DNA of 64,000 nucleotides from Eutreptiella sp. 'Long Island Sound 2002' (GCA_964036045.1 OZ038379.1:2480001-2544000), one strand, 5' to 3'. Positions 38,248 through 49,323 are shown, counted from the first letter of the stretch. Translations and numbers: made by a program. The notes: generated by a model from the letters alone, not told the origin.

Positions 38248-41053
38248 TCATCCAGTGGTCTCCTTAATGTTTGTGACCACCACTTCGGACTCCCACTGCT
38301 TCTCCCATGCTGCTCTTTGGTCTTCTGCCCCGGCTGCAGCTGGGGCTGTGTCCCCTTCTTCTTGTGCACTTGGGTCGCCTTCTGGGGTTGCTCCTTCTAG
38401 TGCCCCTTCTTCTTTCGGGGCTGCTCCTTCTCCTTCTGTTGTCTCTCCTTCTTGTGGCGCGGCCGCTGGTGCCTCTTCTTCTTGTGGTGGGGCTGGTGCG
38501 TCTTCTTCTTGTGCAGTTGCTGCTGGGGCTGGTGCCTCTTCTTCTTGTACAGCTGCAGCTGGTGCTTCTGCTTGTGCTGCAGCTTCGGCAGGTCCCTCTC
38601 CTTCTTGTGGGGAGGCTGGTGGCTGGGCTGGTGGGTCTCCTTGGGGCTGGTTCTTCTTTGGGGTTGGTGGCTTTGACGGGGACATCCTCATGGTCTTTGG
38701 GTCGGGGTTGAGGTCCACAATTTCATCGGGCTCGTACGTCTCCCACCACGACTGCCACTTGTCCAACTCCTCATACCTCCTCATACGCTTTTCTTTTGGC
38801 GGAGAACACCTGGCAGGTGGGCATGAACTCCGACCAGTCGTCCTCTTCCTCCTCCTCCTCCCCTTGTTTGCTCCCTTGTTGGCTGGGGCTCCACTGATAG
38901 TTGGGGATGATGACGGCCACGTGGTCCTGAGGGGCCCTCCTGGCCCCTGTTGGCTTGATTTCGGCTCTTTCCACAATCATCGGCGCGATCGCAGTGGTGC
39001 AGTAGATGATCCACCGAGGCTTGTAGCCGTCCTTGTAGGACCAATCTCGGCGCAGCATGAGCTCATCTCTTGCCAGCTTGTCCACGTCGGCTTTGCTCTG
39101 CTGCTTGGCCTTGGGAGCCGTACTGGGTGGGGTGGAACCGCACGGACCTCCTTGTTCTTGTGGCTGGTCTGGGACTGGGAGCGGCTGCTTCGGTGCTGGC
39201 TTTGATGCTAGCTGCGGCTGCGGTGCCTGCTTTGGTGCCTTCTTCACGTTGGGGCCAGTCTTGCTTGCCTGGAAAGAGAAGCGCAGAGGCATGGCACGCG
39301 TAGTACAGGGCATAGCACGCGCGGCGAAATGCATAGCACGAGCAATGACACCGATAGCGCGCGCTGCAGCATTACCTTTTCTGCTTTCTCCTCCTCTGCT
39401 TTCTTCCGTCTCTTCTCCTCCTCTTCCTTCTCCTTCTTCTTCCTCTTCTCTTCCTCTTCCTTCTCCTTCTTCTTCCTCTTTTCCTCCTCTTCCTTCTTCT
39501 TCTTCTTTTCGTCGTCCTCTTTCTTCTTGTTCTGTTCCGCTTGACGTTGGACTCTCTGTGGCGCTGCTGCCATCAGCTGCTGGTCGGCGGTCTTCTGGGC
39601 AAGGACCTTGCCAGGCGGGTGGGGGGGCTTAGCGGAGTGGGAGGCGGAGATGGCTGGTGGTAGGTGGCCGGTGGCTGGTGGCTCCTCGGTACGCTTCTTC
39701 TTCTGCCTTGGGGCTGTCACGGGTTCCATCTCCGGCATGGCAAAGGCGTCGGCCCAGTCCACCTCCAGCTCCTCCATCTGCCGCTTAGCCCGGGCCAGCA
39801 CCGGGGAGGGGCCTTGCTCCTTCCATCCGTCAAGCCAGTCGGCCGCATGCTTGGACTGCCCGGCAATGTCCGCGGGCACGCTGATCATCAACGGCCCTCT
39901 GCGGGATACCAGGCACAGGAGCTGCTCGAAGCTGCCCCCCTACGTGAAAACATGATAGACGGTGGGGCCGTAGCGCGCGCAAACGGTCAAATCGCGCGTG
40001 CTACGGCAAATGAAGCGCGCGCAACAATGTCGGCAGCGCGCGCAATGGCAAACATAGCGCGTACTTGTTGTTGTTGCTGTTGTGGTCTTCGCAGTTGCTG
40101 TTGGGCCATCTGCTGCGGCTGGGCCATCTGCTCCTGCTGCTGCTGCTGGAACAGTTGCAGTGTTGCCTGCTGGACTGCTGCCTGCTGTTGGAGCTGCTGC
40201 TGTTGCTGCACTTGCTGCTGCTGCGGCTGCTCCTTGTCCTTGACCGCCGTGGTTTTGACTTTGGCGCCGGTTGCAAGTGCCCTTGCTGCACTGGCTCCTT
40301 TCATGGCTGACCCCCGCAGCAAACTGGCCCCCGCACTTCTCACCGAGGGACACTCGTTCTTGAAGGCCATTGCCCCCGCGTCCGTCGCATTGATAAAGCT
40401 CGGTGGGTCCTTGTTGAAGTAGAAGTGGTGGACGGTCTTTGCGGTGGCACCCGGGAGGCGTGTGAGTCGGAACGTGACCCCACCCGTAACTTGCCCAGCA
40501 CGAAAACAACAGCTCGTACTCCTCCACGTTGCAGTGTCCACAGGCAGCTTGTCCTTCTTGGGTTGGCACGGAGGGATTCAACAGGTTCGCCAGACTGCAC
40601 CAGTTGCCAGTAGTGCTTTCGTCATGCCAGCAGGGTTTCAGAGCTCTGTCGGGGATCCTTGCAAGCGCCGTAGCTCTTGGGCGCCAGAACTTGCTGCGTT
40701 GGGGAGAACTGGGTCAGCTGCTAGGACAGTGTCTGCGGAAAACAAGACAAACGGCGTTAACAAGGACGCGCAACGAGGACTTGCGTAGTGCGCACAACGA
40801 GACGGGTAGCACGCACAAGAAGAGCGTAGCACGCGCAACGGAAACAGTAGTGCGCACGGCAAGAAACCTGTGGCTGCATGCTCCACGGCGTCGTCGACGG
40901 CTGCTGCAGTCCCGGTTGTACAGCTGCATGTGGCAGTGGTGGCGGCGCCGCAGCAGCTGGTGTTGCCGCTGCAGCAGTTGTTGGCGGTGCTGCAGGAGGC
41001 GGATACCCCCAGCCCACGGGTTGTATGGGCAAGAGGGTTACATTAAAGTACCC
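38248..41053 (-). pseudogene. Second, spliced gene of the CMC-like element (Q/P/E/K low-complexity protein; TnpA-like position)
   Basis: GT-AG introns 40733-40867, 39940-40064 and 39269-39375. The last two join adjacent ORFs in phase 0 (QQQ|GGSFEQLL; AEK|ASKTGP). Two stops and a frameshift in one exon; 10-bp duplication at 38767-38786. Confidence 0.6.
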
Positions 41054-41322
41054 CTGTTCCAGCAGTAATACAAAAAGGAAAACGCAGCAACAAAAAAATA
41101 GAAAACGACAAAAAGAACGGACAGAAAAGCAACAAATCTCTGTGTCTGTCAATGCATTCGCAATTGGCGCCAAATCTGAAGTGCGTAGTCATAGCACGCT
41201 ACTTCTGATTGTATATCGCGATTTCAAGGGTTCCGGCGCTTGAAAACAGCATACGCGCGCGATAGTGGTCATTGCGCGCACTAGATTCTATTTAGCACGC
41301 GCTATAAAACAAATGGCGCGCG

Positions 41323-42459
41323 CTACCACGGTTCCTCATCCGCAAAATATGCCCTAGCGTCGTCGGCCAATTTTTGTGCATTGTACAAGTTGCTTCTGGA
41401 GGTCCCGTTCCACCTTGGTACTTCAAAGTACAGGAATAGACGCTCATTAACCTGCCTCAGCATCTTAATGCGGCGCGACACTAGGCTTCCTGCCCCCCCA
41501 ACTCTATCACAAATAGAGGACCAAATGTCCTTCAGCACCCCGTTGCTCCCTTCCAAAAGATCCCCCGAAAACATTCCTAGGCCATAGGACCGTATGGCCT
41601 GAATAGTGACTGTAGCATCGTGCAACAGCCAGTTAATATAAGGTGATCTTTTTTCGGCGCAAACCCACCTCTGGAAAGCCTGGGCAACCTCTGGAGCCTG
41701 CAATGCTCCCTCTTCAAACATTGTGCCATACATGTCCCCCAGTAGTATGTACATGGCAACCACTGATGTGTGCATCCTCATGTCACCCCCACCCATCCCC
41801 CCTCACAATGATCCACAGCTCTCCTTGGCACCCCCTGGGGTATTGGAGGTTAGAAACAATGGAATCAAAGGAAAATATATAGTCGAAAAAGTGCTGCAGG
41901 GGCCACTGCGAAAAGACCGTGACGCCATCTGTGTGCACGTCAACCTCTAAATGCTGCCTACTTGCAAGCTGGTTCCATTCTGTGGCGAAACTAGCATAGG
42001 ACGGTAGAGAAAAAAGGTTTGTGGTGACCTTACTTCGGGTCCAAGTAATCAAATCTTTGTACCTGAGGAAAATAGCGCGCGCAACATGAGAACGTAGCGC
42101 GCGCAGAAGTCAACGAAGCGCGTGCTATGAGCGGAAGTGCGCGCAATGTCACATGCAAAGCGCGCGCAATAATACCTTCTTCTCGGAATCTTCAGGAGCA
42201 GGACCAAGTCCACCACCGACAGGGGTGTGACGGCGTTGGCAGCCTCGGTCCTGCGACGCTTCTTCTCTGCTTCAGACACGGGAACCCTTTTTTTCAACTT
42301 GGCCCACAAAGACCGTTGGACGGCAGACCCTGAGCAAAAAAACTCAACTAGGTCCGCCAAAAGGTCCTCGTTCTTCCACAAGGACCACCCATGGTGGGGG
42401 CCCAAAATGTTTGCAATCTTTCCTAACATTGACAACGTCACTTGCGGTGCCGGAAGCAT
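41323..42459 (-). pseudogene. DDE transposase (long copy) with D1-to-pre-E deletion, intron 42063-42175
   Basis: IIVRGDG is fused to GGDMRMHT. SPYINWLLHDAT...YGLGMFSGDLLEGSNGVLK resembles the catalytic-E helix of Transib/RAG1/Chapaev-type transposases. Confidence 0.7.
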
Positions 42460-42615
42460 CTGAAACTTTAGAGAAATAGGCGTTTTTGCCCTGCTTATTA
42501 GGACATGGGGTTACAAACCCAAGACCCCGAGCCATAGCGCGCGCTATGACGCGCGATGTCTTTGTAGTGCGCACTCAGCCATCGCGCGGCAATACCCTCA
42601 AGCACGCACGCAAGG

Positions 42616-44052
42616 ATGGGCCCTCCGCACTCGCCTTTGCTCATTAATGTTGTCTTTGGCCTCTGGATATCGCTCCCGTCTTTGCTCATTGATGTTGTCC
42701 TAGTTCTGCGTGTACGCCTCTGGATATCGCTCCCGTCTTTGCTCATTGATGTTGTCCTTCGCCTCTGGATATCGCTCCCGTCTTTGCTCATTGATGTTGT
42801 CCTTGTCCGCCTCTTGCTATCGCTGCCGTCTTTGCTCATTGATGTTGTCCTTGTTTGCCTCTTGATATCCCTCCCGTTTTTGCGCATTGATGTTGTCCTT
42901 CTTTTGCGCGTACACTTGTTTATATCGTTCTCGTCTTTGCTCATTGATGTTGTCCTTGTTCTGCGCGTACGCCTCTGGATATCGCTCCCGTCTTTGCTCA
43001 TTGATTTTTTCCTTCGCCTCTTGATATTGCTCCCGTCTTTGCTCATTGATGTTGTCCTTGTCCGCCTCTTGATATCGCTGCCGTCTTTGCTCATTGATGT
43101 TGTCCTTGTTTGCCTCTTGATATCGCTCCCGTCTTCGCGCATTGATGCTGTCCTTCTTTTGCGCGTACACTTGTTTATATCGTTCTCGTCTTTGTTTATT
43201 GACTTCGTCCATGACCTCTTGAGATCGTTCGCGTCTTTGCTTATTGATTTCTTCCTTGCTTTGCGTGCATTGTGCTCGTTTTTCGGCGTGTCCATCATCG
43301 CTTCCCCCTGCATTTAGGTCCAAATGTGGTTCTCGTTGTCGCTTTTTTCGTGCTTGTACGCCATGCGTGTCCGCAGGAATGGGTTGTGCGATCACATTTG
43401 GAGATCCGAGTGCACGTGATGCACTGCTAGCCGGCTGGCCAAAGGTGGGGTTCATATGTGGGTTCAACCCTAATTGGCCTGAGCCAGGCGGCGGAGTGCT
43501 TGCAAAGCTTTGGTGGGAAGATGGATCAAACCAAGGCTGGTTGGGAACGTTTTGTGGGGGCATTGGCAGATATGGAGGGAAGTATGGCTGAGCTTGGGGT
43601 AGTAAAGCTGTTGGTGTGTAATTGACCGCCATGCGATGGACACCCGGAGACGCAACGGCACTGGAACTTAGAGGAATGGTGAAGGACAATGACCCGGGCG
43701 TTGGGATTGGCCCCTCAAATTGTACATTCGGAGTGGATGGGGTACAGCTTGTTGCCACAAGCGGTGACGGCAATGGGCCAGGTTGAACGTTTGAAGCTTG
43801 TACAGGTGGAGGATTGGATGATATTGACGGCGAGGAAGCTTCATGCACGGCCGTAACTATCCCCGATTGCATCATTGCTGACATAAGATCCCTCCAAGCA
43901 TAGTGGTCTTCTGCTTGCCAAAAGAAAAGACGACCCGTAATCCGCTTTTGAGTTGCATCCATCCAACGGTTGAAAATAGGATAATAGTGCATATTCTGTT
44001 GCACGAAAGCATGCACTCTTTCCGCGTCATCGTTGCATAATGTGGGCAACAT
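42616..44052 (-). pseudogene. Helitron RepHel N-terminal extension: ~65-aa globular domain, Pro/Ser linker, KDNINEQRRERYQEA-type repeats
   Basis: ATG at 44052 (MLPTLCNDDAERVH) preceded by a pyrimidine-rich AG acceptor. The repeats at 42630-43260 contain two point stops. The segment joins the Rep domain in frame once the insertion is removed. Confidence 0.8.
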
Positions 44053-45660
44053 GGCGCAACAAATCAACCTTGACAAAGAAGAAATGGAAACAATAATGGC
44101 AAGAACCAGACTGTTGGGCGTGGCCTTGTATGCATAGCACATTGGATGTGCACTGTGGTTTTCTTTCTTGGAATGGTGTTTAGTGATTGGTTGTATTTTG
44201 GGCGTACGTAGCCTTGTATGCATAGCACATTGGAATGATGTCCAGTGATTGGGTATACATACGGCAAACCTCGGAATGCTATAATGGCATCCCCCCCTTA
44301 CCACTTCATCCTTTACACCTAGTCGCTCTGCCTTCTTAATAGTCATTCGCCAAGTGAGCCTCCACTAAAAGGCACATTGGAATGTGCCACGGCCACAACT
44401 ACACATTGAATTGTACATCGCGACCAGGCATTCGTTGGATGTTGTAGTTGTGATCAACTGTCCAGATCCCATTTGACGTTTCCGTTTATGTTTGTCATTT
44501 GCGGTGGAAATACTTTCTTCGAATTTTTTGAACGGTTGTAACAGACAGGCAGCTTGATGCTGTAGTTGTGATCAACCGTCCAAGGTCCAATTGACCTGTC
44601 TATTTCTTCTTCTTATTTGCGGTGAAAATAGTCTATACAAATTTTTTGAACGGTTGTAACCACTCAGGCGAATCATGTACAGCCTACAGATTGGCCCGTT
44701 GCGAAAAAGCACAAATTGAGGCAGCACACCTAGAAACGATTGTTCAGGGCCGCCTTTTCAACACGCCGTGGAGGTGTAAACCAAATGCTTCAAATCACCG
44801 TTGTGTGCCGATAATGCAATAACAATTGCTAGGTATGAAATCGGTCAAAACCAATCGAGATTGCATTGGTTGTTCATTACAATAACACACTTTCCGGGTT
44901 GATTTAGCCCATATTGCAGGCAACGGGTAGCACAAGGAGTGTGGGACACAAGGCATCACAAAATCGGTATTTTCACAACAATCAAACGTTACCAATTTCC
45001 GGGCTGGGCGCCCATTGGTACGAAATTTGGAGCGTCTTTGTTTTTTATAGGCACGTGAACAACGAGTTTGGGAATGTTCATTCTCCTTGAAAACATGATC
45101 TTTTACTTGACGATGGCTCTTTTGTCGGACACCCAAAAGATAATGCAACTACCCACTTGGGCCCCTCTTGGCTGTTTCCTTGTTCTTACTGAGGTTTGTG
45201 TGCCATTGATGTAGTACCCATGGGATGGGACATCTAACAATGGGACAGATTACAAACTATGAATTGGGGTGGACCAGCAATATTTCATGTCACCAACACA
45301 ATTGCTTCTCACCCCATGCATTCAAACGCAAACATCCAATAGTGAGCATTGTGAATGGTCCCACACAAAGGGTGCTTACAGCATGTAGATTCGCCAATTG
45401 TTGCTATAATACATGTTGTAAATACATAGCAATTGAAGACAGGTGTTCCTTAGAGAACACTGCGCGGAATCAAGCACTAAGCAACAGATCATCATTGTAG
45501 GCACGGATATCGTTAATTTGCAATATATACACAAAACGCCCATGGTGTGTTGTGGCTTGCGACAGAAACAGTATTACATAAAGACGACGGGCGAGTTTTC
45601 CCTAAAAAATCAGTACGTGATGATGTTGCGTAAAGCAACCAATCATTGCAAAACCAAACT

Positions 45661-46161
45661 TCACTTCTGACCAAAAAATTGGTCTAGAGTGCGTTGTTTA
45701 CAATCTGAGTCGCGTGATTGTTCGGGCATTCGTAAACGTTGGTTGCAATTTTTTTTAGAATGCCCCTGCGGGGTGCCGCCTTTGCTGATGTGCCTTTCTT
45801 GTCGTTGAGATTTGTGACTCTTCATGGCACGTTGTACGCTCGTCTGAGGCAACGCTTTTCGGGCTGCAAATGCAAAAATAGGAGCAATTTGCCGAGACTG
45901 TTGGGACAAAGTATTGTTGGCCTTGGACGCGGAAGAGGACGAAGCTGTTGCTTGGACGCTCGTTGATGTAGCTGAAACAGACAACCCATCAGCCAACATA
46001 TCTTTCATTAAACGGGCCCAAGCACGCTCGTCGTCCTCATTCCAAGAGTAGAAATTTCGGCTGGCATCCTCATATGCAGTCACCACGGGGGCGTACTCTG
46101 GGTGACTTTGCGCAAACATGTGTACTTTCTCAAGGTCAAGTATAGACAAAACGGGCAACAT
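45661..46161 (-). CDS. Small protein: RepHel-N-like domain + C-terminal PCNA-interacting (PIP) box
   Basis: Intact 166-aa ORF from MLPVLSILDLEKVH, ending KQRTLDQFFGQK* (QxxLxxFF at 45673-45696). Splice-acceptor-like sequence lies 10 nt upstream of the ATG. Confidence 0.7.
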   Translation of the reverse strand: MLPVLSILDLEKVHMFAQSHPEYAPVVTAYEDASRNFYSWNEDDERAWARLMKDMLADGLSVSATSTSVQATASSSSASKANNTLSQQSRQIAPIFAFAARKALPQTSVQRAMKSHKSQRQERHISKGGTPQGHSKKNCNQRLRMPEQSRDSDCKQRTLDQFFGQK

Positions 46162-46564
46162 GGTGCATACTCTACCATAAAACAAGGCGGAGAAGCGTGA
46201 CATGACCTGACAAAGGACTATGGTCATATTCTGCCAATCTTTCACAAGTGGCACGGCATACAACACCATGGAAAACACCCTGGTTCCTACACGTAAGTGC
46301 ACGAGGTTTTTCTTTCTGTGTGGTGATACGTTGCACCAGCACCGCCAACCTGCGTGGACGTAAAAAATCCCGGTGCAACTAACCAGCATTTGCCTAAATG
46401 AGTCCTAGCTGCTCCAATAGATTAGGCCACACAACAACAACATGCCCTTCGAGGGTGCACCGCGGGGTGCAACACGGCAATGTCGCTCACATTGCAATGG
46501 CAAGGGTGCAGCGAAGTCCAATTCAGACCCCTTTGCCGGTTGACAACCTTTAGTATGGTTTCTA

Positions 46565-47848
46565 TCATGGTGTATTGCCCACAACCTGACAGTAACGCAA
46601 CACATCGATGTACGTTGCCCCATCGTGAAAGTACAACCATGTGGCGTCGCCCACGTACATGATTTTGCCAACGCCCTTCAAAATGGGCTGCACATCTTGC
46701 GGTGTAAGGACCAAAGGGAAAATCATTGGTTTCAGCGGTGCGGCCGCCTTGGCATTAGGAACTTTGGCAATAGCGTTCAGTGTGTCCAATGGATTTTCGA
46801 ACATGACCTTGGCCCCCGCTTGGGCGTCTACGGCCATGTAGTGTGGTTTTAGGTCGGTGCCAATGACCGTTGTGAGCTCAATGTACGACTTCACGGTTGC
46901 CAACGAGATCTCCAGGGCAGGAAGGTTGACAACCATGTATGAAGTGGAAGGACTTGGCTTTTCTTCCAAGGAGGCCAAAAAAGCCTCACAATCGCCATCA
47001 GACACATCATCGTCGATCTTATGCTCCGTTGCCGACTTGTAATAGAAGCGGCGTGCAACTTTAATGCGGTCTTCAGGCTTGGCTTGATTAAGCAACTCTT
47101 TCAAACCCACCCGTAACTTGTTTGTCACCTTCTTATCCAGTACGGCCGCCATCTTCGCAGTGCAAAACGCCTTTTCAACATTGATGGGTGTTGGCTGGCC
47201 TTGCACGGTGTATGTCCATTTGCTCGTTTCTGCCCGTTGCCTTTTATCCAAATCCTCTTGGACTGTGGCAGGCGAATTTTCTGCGCTTTTGCCCGAACTT
47301 TTCTCAACGGCATCTGGTACTTTTCTTTTCAGAGGCCCAGAGCGAGTTTTCAACGGGGTCAATGTCATGTTGGGATCTACCCAAAGAAAGAAGTCGCACG
47401 CTTCGCACGAGTAGAATGAACGACCAGCATTCTTCGTGTTTGTGCACGAGTGTACTTCTGGCACCTCTCCGCAGTCACACCGTGGCTGACCATCTGCCCC
47501 TTTGCAACTTGGGTGAATGACTGCCCAAGATTTGAAGCACTTGTCCTGTTTTTCCGGACATGAGCGCGTCAAACACCCGTAGTTTGCTTTCCTTGAGCAA
47601 TATCGCACCTCAAACTTGTTGCCACACTTGCAGGTTTGCTTGATCCAGTATGCTTTGGCAGCAGCTGCACTATCGAATTCGATCTCAATATTGGAAGGCG
47701 ACATGTCAACAGCAACAATGATTCTACGATTAGCAGACGTGGTGCAGCCTGGTTTGTTCATTGCAACATGAATCATGCAGCACGTGTGATTCTTAGCATG
47801 TCTCGTGAGCAGTGGTGTCAACCAACGTATAGTATTGGGGCAAAACAA
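46565..47848 (-). CDS. Tandem GRF zinc-finger protein with C-terminal RRM-like domains
   Basis: CKCG...CPEKQDKCFKSW and CDCG...NTKNAGRSFYSCEACDFFLWVD. YMVVNLP...AKVMFENPLDTLNAIAKV resembles RNP2/RNP1, and a second degenerate RRM-like segment follows. The ORF is intact; the true start is uncertain. Confidence 0.75.
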   Translation of the reverse strand: MFCPNTIRWLTPLLTRHAKNHTCCMIHVAMNKPGCTTSANRRIIVAVDMSPSNIEIEFDSAAAAKAYWIKQTCKCGNKFEVRYCSRKANYGCLTRSCPEKQDKCFKSWAVIHPSCKGADGQPRCDCGEVPEVHSCTNTKNAGRSFYSCEACDFFLWVDPNMTLTPLKTRSGPLKRKVPDAVEKSSGKSAENSPATVQEDLDKRQRAETSKWTYTVQGQPTPINVEKAFCTAKMAAVLDKKVTNKLRVGLKELLNQAKPEDRIKVARRFYYKSATEHKIDDDVSDGDCEAFLASLEEKPSPSTSYMVVNLPALEISLATVKSYIELTTVIGTDLKPHYMAVDAQAGAKVMFENPLDTLNAIAKVPNAKAAAPLKPMIFPLVLTPQDVQPILKGVGKIMYVGDATWLYFHDGATYIDVLRYCQVVGNTP

Positions 47849-48681
47849 TTGGAAAGTTGTTGCTCCGCCTTTTCATGCCAATGCCACCCGCACATCCAAT
47901 GGGCACTTTTTCTTGGCTACCAAACCTTTGACGCCTAGAATTCATCATTTTTTGCTTTTTGTTTTTTGCTTTACGGGAAATCTGAATTTTAAACAAACCT
48001 TTTTTGGCTTATCTTGGACCCAACGCATAACGCGTGTAACCCGACCGTAAAAAGTACGCTGTGCGTACTCAACACCACACTGTAATGCCAAAACGGGGCT
48101 TTGAATGGTGATGATCACTTTGTTGGGGCCGGTAACGTAGTCCAATGAATTTCCTTTTTTCGGCATAGGGCTGCGCAATGTTGTGGATTGCTTTTGTGCT
48201 ATTGCAGGCGATTTTTGCTTTACATGCTTGTTGCGTGTCATGCCCGTCTTATAGGAGGTTTCCATCTCGTGTTCACCCCTACCACCAAAAGGCGGAGGTA
48301 ACTTCCACGAGATTTCCCAACCCTCCAAGTGGTTGGGCTCTTACCCACGAAGGGCAACCCCGGTCAAAGGGCACATGACAACCCACCTTGGCGGAAGGAT
48401 CACCAATTTCCAGGCTGGGCCGCCCATGGAAATCGGAGTTGGGCCGAAGCCACACTCGACCATCCAAGGCCGCACTGTGCTGCATTTGATACCATTGCAC
48501 CCCCTTCACATTTGTGCTTTTCCATGTGATGTGAGCAATACTTTGGGTCCCAGAAAAATGCCAACAAAGGCCCATGGTGTTGTGAAGTAGACACATTATC
48601 CAAATAAAGTAGAGAGATAAACCGGCATTGCAACCAAAGATGCACGCAAAATGGGCAGATAGTGACACGATGGGGTGTCAA

Positions 48682-49323
48682 TTACAAATGCATGTTGTAA
48701 TTCGTTGTATATAAGATTGCACGTAGCTGCTCGAATAGGCGAGAGTCCGAGTCTTTGAAGACACTCATTGGCAAAATGTACACGATGCGACAGCTACGAC
48801 AACCACGGTCAAATGCTTCAAGTGGTAAACGGGATACGGCATTGTCGCAGGACGTGTGCTTTGTCACCACAACAACGATATCATCCTCAGGGTAAAACAT
48901 GCCCTCTACTGATGCACGACTACAAATATAAAACGTGTTATGGAATAAGTTTATGCGGCGCAACCAACGGGGTTTCATTTCTATCGTACAATAAATAGGA
49001 ACCACCAATTTTTTGCATCGACACATGGGTTCACTAAGTGCCATGGACACCACCAATCCCATAAACATGGATGGCGGAAAGTGCATACTCGAGTATTCGC
49101 GGGTATGATAAAACTCCAAAAATTGCAATGGAAACAGCATTCGTCGAGGCAAACAATTGAAGATATTTATTGTGAACCTATGGTAGCAATGGACACGCAA
49201 ATTTGCATTGGAAAAGAAATGATGCCAAAAACACAGCATTAGTGCCTCTACAGGTGAAAGGAAACACAGTATTATTTCAATTGCGTCGTAGCAAATGCTG
49301 CTTAATGAGCGACACGTTGACAT
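48682..49323 (-). CDS. F-box-like protein (213 aa)
   Basis: MSTCRSLSSICYDAIEIILCFLSPVEALMLCFWHHFF has F-box-like hydrophobic spacing. Uninterrupted ORF; the remainder is unrecognised. Confidence 0.45.
   Translation of the reverse strand: MSTCRSLSSICYDAIEIILCFLSPVEALMLCFWHHFFSNANLRVHCYHRFTINIFNCLPRRMLFPLQFLEFYHTREYSSMHFPPSMFMGLVVSMALSEPMCRCKKLVVPIYCTIEMKPRWLRRINLFHNTFYICSRASVEGMFYPEDDIVVVVTKHTSCDNAVSRLPLEAFDRGCRSCRIVYILPMSVFKDSDSRLFEQLRAILYTTNYNMHL

Larger units (their letters stand above)
37884..42615 (-). mobile_element. CMC-like DNA transposon, long copy (4.7 kb), two genes, non-autonomous
   Basis: Left ~175 bp are identical to 33069-33242. Right TIR GCACGCACGCAAGG (12/14 vs the short copy's right TIR); 2-bp TSD AT. 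Excision restores the RepHel frame ...EQRRVRRAHALEMQRLRHECLF. Confidence 0.85.
31511..44052 (-). mobile_element. Canonical (Helitron1-type) rolling-circle transposon, decayed, with two nested insertions; 5' end not located (may extend past 47 kb)
   Basis: Complete RepHel domain order after removing the insertions, plus the 3' terminus at 31511. Confidence 0.9.
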
